In this document: positions 54,701-64,000 of the stretch, piece by piece
Layout of the letters: every line of letters begins with the position of its first letter
How positions within the stretch are numbered: the stretch's first letter is position 1
DNA from: Paragordius varius
Lineage: Eukaryota; Animalia; Nematomorpha
Length of the DNA: 64,000 nt
Direction: 5' to 3'
NCBI GenBank assembly: GCA_964247055.1
Contig: OZ176051.1
Span: 10,664,001-10,728,000, forward strand
Position numbers and translations under genes: made by a program
Notes under the pieces: model-generated
What the model saw: the letters and a program-made list of their open reading frames with translations, nothing else
What the model was told of the DNA's origin: nothing
The model's database searches: none

Positions 54701-55711
54701 CTAGCGTAAATCTCGTGCTGCTACGCAGCCCGAGGAGGTCCTTCGGACTACTGGGGGGATTTTTGATTTTATAAGCAATTTTGATATGCGGCACTGAGTT
54801 TTAAAATGATTCACATAGTCTCATAAGTTTTCTGAAATTTGGCTCCAAAGGCATGCTGTATCGATATCATGGCGCAGTAGTAGGCGGGTAGCCCCCTACC
54901 CAGAAGCCAATATAAAAATGTAGTTAGATAAAAAAATTTGCTTTTTACCTCGAATCATCGTTCATTCCTAATAGTTTGTGGAAGAATGGCTTCAAAACTA
55001 AATAATAGTTCAATGATAGCGCATTAGGGCGTAAAGGACCTATTTAACGGCTAATTAAAAAAACCACTCGACTAAAGTTATTAAATTTTTACGGGTGATA
55101 CTTTAAGCAGCTATTGAACTCATATGGCCTGATAGGTTTTCTGAAATTTAGCCCCAGAAGCACGCGATTTAGATGTGACGGGTCAGTTTTTCGCGGGTAG
55201 CTCCTTACTCAGCAGCTATCATCAAAGAAATGCTTGACTAAAATTTTTGCCTTTTAACAGGGAATCCGTGGAATCTTTATTGAATTTTTACGGTCTCATA
55301 CCTTGGTCGAAAAATAGATTCAAAAAATTATTTATGTGGATGTTTTTTGAAAAAAATGGCAATTTACGGGGGAGCGGTTAAAAAGAGGGCCTAAATTAAA
55401 ACAGCGAGACGACTATTTTCGGCGCAATCGAAAACAAGTAAACAAAAATCATATTTGAAATTGAATGGTCCAACACGTTCTCCAGAAAATTGTCTCAAAG
55501 ACACGATTTTTGTGGACTTCTGATTTCAAAAAAAACCGTTTTTCACACAGTGTGGGCCCGAACTGGGGGCCTATTTCAAAAAAAGGGCGAAGTTATTGTC
55601 GGGACATTCATTAATGATTATATTTTTTCGAAGTTTGGATTTGAATGGGTCTACCGGTTTTCCGGTACCAGATCACAAAGCCAGCATTTTCCATTTTTAT
55701 AAATATATAGA
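54701..55711 (-). mobile_element. Non-autonomous Helitron, 1011 bp, both ends intact
   Basis: Minus strand: 5' A|TCTATATATTTATAAAAATG at 55711; 3' hairpin CTCGGGCTGC-GTA-GCAGCACGAG followed by ATTTACGCTAG|T ending at 54701. Inserted between A and T with no TSD. Internal degenerate direct repeat ~54806-54950 versus ~55115-55260. Confidence 0.9.
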
Positions 55712-56114
55712 TTCATAAAAACAATATAAAAAAAATTTAAATGGATAAATTTCATAGAATTCAAAAGGCTATGGTTAATTAAAATCCGCGAATACGTCTA
55801 TAGACTTAATTGACAAGTATTTTACTAATGAAAACTAAAATAAAAATAATATGGTATCGTTAAATGTATGTCTTAAGATCTTTTTAGAAGATTTTAACGT
55901 GGTTAAAATTTGGTTAAACGACAAAAATAGTTTTAAACAAAAATATTAATTTTGTAACTTTTGTCAAAAATTCCCATGGTACATATTAGTGGTATAAATA
56001 TTTTAAGCACCTTGCATTTTAAACAAAAAAAATTATCATAACAAATCTATTCGAAATAACCGTTTTTATTTTCTGGTTTTTTGCACTTACTTTGTATGAC
56101 AGCGTTTTACCCCT

Positions 56115-56430
56115 TGTTATGTATAATAACTTAATTGTTTTTGTTAACTTAACTCAATTAATCTTATTTTAGTTACCTTTGAAAATATAATTTGTGCATA
56201 ATACACCTTTGTACTTGTTACGCTAAAAATGTATATTATCTTGGTTGTGAATGCTTTTACCTAAATAATGTAATATTGAACCTTATGCAAATATATAACT
56301 TGTGAATGCTTTCATCTAAATATTGAAATATTTAACCTTATGCAAAAATGCAACCTCGCTCTAAAACTATATATAATGGAACATAGTTTTTTATGATATA
56401 AAAATAAATTCCTTTTTTCCGCTTATTACA
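56115..56430 (+). repeat. 5' LTR (316 bp)
   Basis: Differs from the 3' LTR at 2 positions; contains a 55-bp internal duplication at 56245-56354. Confidence 0.98.
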
Positions 56431-56476
56431 TTTGGCGCGGTCGATTTTTTTTTTGTATTACGTTGTATTCATTATT

Positions 56477-57292
56477 ATGGAAAAAATAAGTATTGAAAGT
56501 TATAAAATCAATAATAATTTTACGGAATATATTAAATATTTACGAAGAAATTTAGTAATTAAAGGAATACAGGATAATAATGAAAATATTAAAGCCATCT
56601 TTCTTGCCCAATCCGGTATTGATAACATTTCTAAAATGGAACAATTCTTTAACCCCGTTAATATTGAAAACATATCTTGGGAGGAGATTTATGAAGCTGG
56701 GGTGAAAATATTTCAGCCAACCAAAAATACTTTTTTATCCCGATTCGAATTTTTTAGAGCGGAACGATTAGCGGGTGAAGGATTCTTGGAATTTTTTATA
56801 AGACTCAAAAATATGGCCGCTGCATGCGAATTCAAAGGAAACGTTGACGAATTAATACGGGACGTGTTTATATGTGGGTTGAAGGAGAAAAAACTAGAGA
56901 CTGAACTGCTGAACAGGTATCCAAAGGCATTAGACAACGACATACCAGTGGGATTAAATAAGGTTCTAAATCTGGCATTAGCGTATGAAAATTCTCACCT
57001 GGAAGTGAACTCAGTGAGAGCAATATATAATAATGAAAGTATTAATAATGGTAATAATAATGGTATTACTAATGGTAATAATAATGAAACTTTTAATGAT
57101 GGTAGTATTAATAATAATGAAATATATCTGGTAAGACGCAAACCTGTCGTAAAATCGTGTTTTAAATGCGGTCGCGCCCACAAATACGGATGCTGCCCAG
57201 CGTTTGGGAAGGTATGTTTCAAATGTCAGGGTAGAAATCATTTCGGAAGCCAATGCCAAAACAAATATGCTGGCAATAACAGGTATGTATAA
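56477..57292 (+). CDS. gag: Gag (271 aa)
   Basis: LAAACEF...LIRDVFICGL core, Asn-rich linker, and double Cys motif CFKCGRAHKYGCCPAFGKVCFKCQGRNHFGSQC typical of Mag-like elements. Confidence 0.9.
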   Translation: MEKISIESYKINNNFTEYIKYLRRNLVIKGIQDNNENIKAIFLAQSGIDNISKMEQFFNPVNIENISWEEIYEAGVKIFQPTKNTFLSRFEFFRAERLAGEGFLEFFIRLKNMAAACEFKGNVDELIRDVFICGLKEKKLETELLNRYPKALDNDIPVGLNKVLNLALAYENSHLEVNSVRAIYNNESINNGNNNGITNGNNNETFNDGSINNNEIYLVRRKPVVKSCFKCGRAHKYGCCPAFGKVCFKCQGRNHFGSQCQNKYAGNNRYV

Positions 57293-60200
57293 CATCGTAA
57301 ATAAACCTAAAATAAATGTAAAAATAAACTCAACCCACGTCGAAATGTTATTCGACACGGGGGCCGACATATCTTTAATAAATTTTAGCACGTGGGTTAA
57401 AATAGGAAAGCCTAAAATAAAACCCATTTATTTTAAGATAACACATATGATAATAATACTTTACACATAATAGGAGATACAACTGTAACTCTTGAATTAA
57501 ATAAATTAAAAAAGATAACAAAATGCTTTATTACGAAGAGACATCTTCCTCTAATATTTGGCATGGATTGGATCCAGCTATTCAATATCTCATTGCCTAA
57601 CGAATTATATATTAATAAATTATATCACACAAATGATATTTACAATAAATTTAAGTCTTTATTTGATAACAAATTGGGTTGTTGGAAAGGGGAACCCATA
57701 AAGATATTTTTAGAAAACAATAGTAGGGGACGGGTATTTCCGGCTAGAAGGGTTCCCTTGGCCTTACAAGAGAAATTAAGTGAAGAGATCAAAAGGCTAG
57801 TATCCTTAAAAATTATTGAACCAGTAGACCCCAAGCAATCTAAAATTTGTTGGTCCAGTCCTATAGTAAACGTATAAAAGTCAAATAATGAATTAAGAAT
57901 ATGCGCAGATTTTAAAGTGTCCATAAACAAATACATTAAAACACCTCAATATATAATACCCACATTTGATGATTTGATTTCCAAAATTTCACATGGTAAG
58001 ACGTTTTCAACATTAGATTTAAAAGATGCTTATCTTCAGATTCCAGTGCATCCGGAATCTCAAAATCTTCTCACAATATCCACACCTCTTGGGTTTTTTA
58101 AATATACTAGGCTCCCTTTTGGTCTGTCGTGCGCACCTAGTTTTTTCCAACAAATCATGGATGAGCTATTAGGAGATTGTAAGGGAACAGCGGTCTATTT
58201 AGATGATGTAATTTTTACGGGGGAAACGGATGAGGAGCATTATAGAAACCTAACACAAGTATTTGAAAGATTAGAACGAATGGGTCTTAAATTAAAAAAA
58301 GATAAAATAAAGCTTTTTCAACAGGAAGTAGAATATTTGGGGTTTACTATATCAGAAAAAAGTATAAAACCAGCGAGCAGTAAGATTAAAGCCATTCGCG
58401 AGTGTCCAGCCCCTAAAGATAAAACAAGTCTCCGTTCGTTTTTGGGCCTTTTAAACTTTCATTCACGATTTATACCTTCTCTAAATACAATTGTTAACGA
58501 ACTCCATCAGCTAGCTGGTTCCAAAAAGAAATGGTGTTGGACCGAGGTACACCAAAATATTTTTGAAAGGGCGAAGCTATTAATAGGGAATAACAGCCGC
58601 CTCTTCCCATTTAACCCCAGACTTCCCCTTATTCTAGAAACGGATGCATCTGGGGAGGGGTTTGGGGCCATTTTGTCGCACAGAACGTCGGAAGGTAAAC
58701 GACCCATTGCATATTTTTCAAAAAAATGTTCCCCGGCAGAAAAAAATTATTCGGTTATAGAAAAAGAGGCAAAAGCCATTGTATTGGCCCTAGAGAAATT
58801 TAAAACATTTTTATATGGTAGAAAATTTGAGATTAGAACAGATCATAAACCTCTTATCAAATTATTCGGGCAGCAACGTGTATTAAGCGAGCTAAACAAT
58901 AGTAAATTGCTAAGATGGATTTCAAAAACATCCATTTTCGACTTCAACATAATGTACTACCCAGGAACCGAAAATCTAGCAGATTCACTATCAAGACTAC
59001 CAACTGAGATAACTGAAGAGTGTGACAATGACGAGGATATAGCGCAGGAGGTCCGGTTGCTATGGTGTCAGGAGTTAAACTTAAACAAGGAGAGGGTGCT
59101 TAAGGAAACTATGAGCGATGAGACGTGTAAACAGATTAAAGCAGCACGAAAGACTAATGATTGGTCTCATCCGGGGGTGCAGTCCTATAAACCACTGAGG
59201 AATGATATCGAAGAATCATACGGCCTTCTATATTTAGGTGACCGCCTTATTGTGCCTCAAAGCATGAGTGATGTTCTTAACTATCTTCATAAAGGTCACC
59301 CGGGTATACAGTCCATGAAAGCGTTAGGTAAGAGTGGTGTGTTTTGGCCGAAATTGAACCAGGATATCGAAAAATGGGTGCAAGGCTGCTCAAATTGTCA
59401 AAAGTCACGGTTCAACATTGCAGTAAGCCCGACGTATAAATGGAACCCGAACACCACCGTTTGGGAGCGATTGCATCTCGATATAGCGGGGCCCGTAGAT
59501 AACCTTTACTGGGTCATACTTATAGATCACTGCACCCGTTGGGTGGAAGTAGCACAGCTTAAAACAGTGAACTCGATCAGTATTTTGAAAGTTTTAGAAG
59601 GTTGGTTTGCACGATATGGCACCCCAGAGATGATCGTAACTGATAATGCGTCGTATTTTAAGTCCGGTGATTTTGAAAGAATATTAAGTTCCTCTAATAT
59701 CAAGCATGTAACCTCTGCGCCATACCACCCTCGGACAAATGGTTTAGTGGAAAGGGTCATTCAAACATTGAAAACGCACTATTATATGTGTTCTGAAGTA
59801 GCAGATCCAGAACGCCGGTTAAACCAGGTACTGTGGGCTTACAGATCAGCACATCACAATGGTATAAATGAGACACCTGCACGACTATTCCTAAAACGAA
59901 ATATACCGACACCGCTGTCCTGGATGAAAGGCAAACCAAAGGATTATATCGATGGTACCTCAGATATTATACGTGAGTTCGTTCCAGGTGAGAAAGTGTT
60001 TATAAAAAATGAGTTGGAAGCCGGTTGGCGAGAGGGAAAAGTTGTAGAGCGGACTGGATTATTGTCCTACAATATCGAAGATAGAGGGAGGGTTTTACGA
60101 AAGCATACGGATCAATTAAGAAGGCGAAAAGAAGGTCCCGATGAACTTAAGCTAGACGACCCGAAAGAATTGGATAAGCTAGACGACCCGAAAGAATTGG

Positions 60201-60445
60201 AATCGGAACAACAGAATAATAATGATAATATCATAGCCACCCCATTGCATGGCCCTCCTATTGATGACAATATTATTAATGATGATACCAATCCTTCCCC
60301 GGATATTTGTCAAGATTTCCACAATAATCAGCAAAGTCCCAACGGCGATAAGATTGCAGAACCCCCAAGCTTTGAAGTACCAGTGGAGAGACGCTATCCT
60401 ACCAGAAACCGAAAAGCCCCTGACAGATACACAAATCACTTTTAA
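57285..60445 (+). pseudogene. pol: Pol (PR-RT-RNase H-integrase) with a frameshift at ~57440 and a premature TAA at 57875
   Basis: Protease LFDTGAD; WSSPIVNV*KSNNELRICADFK; RT LPFGL and YLDD; RNase H LETDAS and RTDHKPL; integrase HKGHPG...CSNC, HLDIAG, VTDN, NGLVER. 27-bp tandem duplication KLDDPKEL(D/E) at ~60148-60201. Open from 57878 to 60445. Confidence 0.95.
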
Positions 60446-60460
60446 ATTAGATAGGAGATA

Positions 60461-60776
60461 TGTTATGTATAATAACTTAATTGTTTTTGTTAACTTAACT
60501 CAATTAATCTTATTTTAGTTACCTTTGAAAATATAATTTGTGCATAATACACCTTTGTACTTGTTACGCTAAAAATGTATATTATCTTGGTTGTGAATGC
60601 TTTTACCTAAATAATGAAATATTGAACCTTATGCAAATATATAACTTGTGAATGCTTTCATCTAAATATTGAAATATTTAACCTTATGCAAAAATGCAAC
60701 CTCGCTCTAAAAATATATATAATGGAACATAGTTTTTTATGATATAAAAATAAATTCCTTTTTTCCGCTTATTACA
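60461..60776 (+). repeat. 3' LTR (316 bp)
   Basis: Direct repeat of 56115-56430, 314/316 identical. Confidence 0.98.
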
Positions 60777-61304
60777 CCGCTAAACATTTTTTCGCACTGA
60801 GAAAACTTTCCATCGAATTCCCAATAGTGTCTTTCAAAACATAAGGCGCAAATCCGTTAGACATATTTATCTTTGCATAGACGTATATATAATCTTATGA
60901 TAAAACTCTGCAAACAAACAATAACATAAACCCCTGTCATGCCCCAAACTGTCGTTTCTTTAAAATTATATTGTCCGTTAATGTAATATATTTGAATATA
61001 TTACAATATTTATTTTTAATAATATTTTATATTATATATTAATTTAAATGATATCATTTAATTGCGCATATATATATATATATATTGATCATGTATTTGT
61101 GATGTTTTTTGAGGAGAGGTGAATCATATAAAAACATTTATAATTTTGTTATCATTAATAATTTGGTTATTACATAATGTTTTTTTTCTTTTAAAAACTT
61201 TAATCATTAACCACTTCAAAAATTGATATATTAGTTGAGTATTGAGACATAAAAAGGCGCATTTAAAACTTATTTCCCTGCATTTACATTTTTAAGTGTA
61301 AAGA

Positions 61305-63090
61305 TCATTGAGTTTGAATTTTGTTCGTATTCCTATTTATAACTGGTATGGTGATTTCATCCGTGTTATTTGACGTGGTTATGGTTGGATTATATGGTAA
61401 AGGTATGGCGACACTAGGATTAGGATATGGTAAATTTGTTGTTATATTTGCGTTTGCGTTTGGTTGTCCTTCACGAAAGATATCCTGGTAAGAGGGCGGT
61501 GGTGCATTTTGACCTAAGCACAAAAAGAGATGATATAAAACATTTTTTTTTCTAAAATATTAATTTGGATCAAAAAACCACAGTTTAAAAGTGAATGATA
61601 CTTTTACAATACAGTAAAAAACTAAAAGGGGCATATATTAATGAATATTTTTATAAGGAAAATTATATCAGTTAGATTCTAGTTTTAACTTGATTTTAGG
61701 TTGCTAAAAAAGGCTTATAGAAAGGGAAATTGGTATAAGGCAAAAATTTTTACATTATAATATATAGTTTATTTAGTATAAAGGAAAACAAAATATAATA
61801 AAAAAATTAGTTAAGTTATATTTTAATTTATATTTTTTATTAGAGGAATGTAGCAAAAAATATTGGTTGGATGAAAAAAAAATCAATTTAAATATACTTG
61901 AGTAATATTTGACATATAACATATTCCTTGACTTAAAATGGAGAAAAAATTAAAAGGCTTAAGAAAAACATATAATATTTATGGAACTCATTGAATTTAG
62001 ATATCTGTAAAAAATAGGCTTTTTTAACACAGAATAAAAATTTTTGATGATTGGATTTTATTCAAAACAACCGATAAATATTAATAGCTACAAAAAAATT
62101 GAAAACTGTAGAAACAATAGAGAATGTTTACTGTATAAAAAGGCATTTTGTTCAGTTTGATAATAGGCACCACTTGGTTTTGGGTATTGTTGATTATTCG
62201 CAACATTTGGTTGCCAAGGACCACCGTAATAATTTCCTGTAGCAGGTCTATAACCTAGAACGAAAAGTTATATTAACACTTTTAAAAATAAAAAAAATAT
62301 GAAAATAAATGGTTTTATATACCATACATATATCATAAATTAAATTTTCAAATTCACTCTTGAACACACCACCCTTGAACGATTCGAATTCACCCTAAAA
62401 TAAATAATGTGTTTTTAAAATTAAAAATTACCTATATTTTATATTTTTAAAATTGAAATTTCGTTTAAAATTAATATGGTGAAATTTATAATAATTATGC
62501 TATAAGAATATATATTTTTGATATTAATGATGAGGTATATTATCCCAAAACACATAATTTATATTTAGGTTGAATTTGTGTTCAAGTGTGAATTTTGAAT
62601 TTCAATTGTAAATGGAATATTATGAATAGATTTCCGAATCTAAAATTGGTTTTAATACACCTATAAATTTTTAAAAGCAATAATATTTATGAAAGGACCG
62701 TTTCCCTATACAATAACAATTGTGTCGATTAAATTCTTTTTTCAAAAGTTCAACTTGTGAAAAAAATTCCAGAGCAAATTTGTACCTTAAAGTTATAATA
62801 AAATGGCTCATCTAAAAATATAAATTATACAACTTTCTAGGGGCATTGTTTAGAAAAATAATTTAAAATATAAATTTTCATAAAACTATATCCCTATTGG
62901 TGGCCATTTTTTAATTTTATGTTAAATGGCGATGGGATATAATTATATTTTAAAAATAAAAGTAACTAAAAATTTTAATAATTTAGCAACTAGTTTTAGT
63001 TTATATTTTAAATATTCAATGCTTATATTGTATTAAACTGTGTGAACTTGAAGTTTATAAAATGTATGAAATAAACTCTTTTTGTACTTG

Positions 63091-63125
<35 letters not shown>

Positions 63126-64000
63126 GTTGCTTCAAAATAAATTTTAGCATTAACTATTAAAATAGTTTTTTATCGTGTAACCGTCCAAAAAAACAAAATA
63201 AACCGAAAATATTCAAAATACTAAAAGGTATGCATAACTCATTATATTCCTTTGCATAAAAAATTTTTTATTATCAATTAAAATAAAGGGTTACCAATAT
63301 TTTCAATGAAAAAAACCTCTCTTATATAAAAACGGTAAAATTTTTTCAATGAATGCATTTCATCTTAAAATATACTTTTTATCCACAATACTGTAAAAAT
63401 GAACAGAGTGGATTTTATTTCGACGTGGTTTATAATATGAATATATATATATATATATATATCTAGATTGAAAAATAAAATATATAATTGTTAATCATTC
63501 GAAAATTTTTTAATATGCTTCTATCGATTTAAATAGTAAAATCAAACCTGATTTAACAATTTACATGTGCTCAAATATCAAAAAAAAATAATTATAAGGA
63601 TCTAAAATTATAATTACAAACAAAATACTAAATCAAAGATTAAATTAAATTTTTCATAATAATATCAAAAAATGAAACGCTTGACAAACCATTTTCCCAA
63701 AACATATTTATTAATAACTTAACAAATTTATTAATGGTAAAATACATATTTTGCCTTAAAGGGCACACCAAAAATTATTGCACATAGTTAAATCTTTCCA
63801 AATATTTGACTTAATAAGGAAACAAAGAAAGAAAAAAGGATTTACCAAAAAGTGTTTCACCAGGATATGGGGGTCGATTAAAACCACCCATGGTGTTGAC
63901 CGGTTCTCGGGAGCGAATGCCATAAAAAGCGTTCGGCCAGCCAGAAGTACCGGTTGTTCCAGGGGGATAGCCACGTCTTTTGTACCAATAACCTCCTCCC
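61305..64000 (-). CDS. 3' end of a probable single-pass membrane protein with a Pro/Tyr/Gly-rich tail and PPxY motif; 5' part lies beyond the right edge
   Basis: In-phase exons 64000-63846, 62254-62132, 61513-61305: GGGYWYKRR (end of TM plus basic stop-transfer), GFNRPPYPGETLF-GYRPATGNYYGGPW...QNAPPPSYQDIF...KIQTQ*. The ORF-track call 63756-63974 is the wrong frame. Confidence 0.8.
62316..62622. mobile_element. MITE family B, copy 3 (intronic)
   Basis: TTCAAATTCACTCTTGAAC...GAATTCACCCTAAAATAAAT on the left; inverted arm ending AATTGTAAATGGAATATTA. Confidence 0.65.

Larger units (their letters stand above)
56115..60776 (+). mobile_element. Ty3/Gypsy LTR retrotransposon, Mag-like lineage, 4662 bp
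   Basis: TG...CA LTRs at 56115-56430 and 60461-60776. PBS TGGCGCGGTCG after the 5' LTR (resembles tRNA-Ser-primed PBS). PPT AGATAGGAGATA before the 3' LTR. 5-bp TSD CCCCT/CCGCT (one mismatch). Order gag-PR-RT-RH-IN, no env. Confidence 0.98.

Noticed and set aside
55546-55584. CACAGTG + 23-nt spacer + TCAAAAAAA resembling a RAG 23-RSS
   Set aside because: The nonamer matches only 6/9 in A-rich DNA, there is no 12-RSS partner or RAG/Transib ORF, and it lies inside a Helitron.
57281-57389. Consensus donor CAG|GTATGT at the gag end as a route to spliced gag-pol
   Set aside because: The first downstream AG (57388) lies after the catalytic DTG, so splicing would delete the protease active site.
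56713-60439. Several minus-strand ORFs of 60-138 aa within the Gypsy element
   Set aside because: Antisense shadows of gag and pol with no motifs of their own; likewise the ORFs at 43112-44398 and 45096-45386 over IA-2 exons.

Overview
Very AT-rich genomic DNA from an invertebrate animal (short GT-AG introns, many (TA)n tracts). The species cannot be fixed from the sequence, and no bacterial-type genes, rRNA, intact tRNA or CRISPR array were seen. All gene models were spliced by hand. Genes: (1) a minus-strand multi-exon orphan secreted protein with an internally repeated ~190-aa domain (4112 down to the left edge), with a decayed ionotropic-receptor-like sequence in its last visible intron; (2) decayed plus-strand exons that alternate FN3-like and cadherin-like motifs (~7.6-19.9 kb); (3) an IA-2/PTPRN-type receptor pseudophosphatase, 20 exons and at least 1265 aa (29703-52916, 5' end unresolved), with an unusual HCNDGAGR signature and large insertions; (4) the 3' end of a minus-strand membrane protein with a PPSY motif (right edge to 61305). 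Transposable elements: a young 4.66-kb Mag-like Ty3/Gypsy element (316-bp LTRs, 2 differences, three internal lesions); a Blackjack-type hAT element (perfect 8-bp TSD) with a nested TAA-TSD element and a tail-to-tail inverted copy of its own transposase; a complete non-autonomous Helitron; a decayed Mos1-like mariner; and about nine foldback/MITE palindromes, including a 1230-bp near-perfect one. The best leads are the hAT self-hairpin, the FN3/cadherin architecture and the remodelled IA-2.
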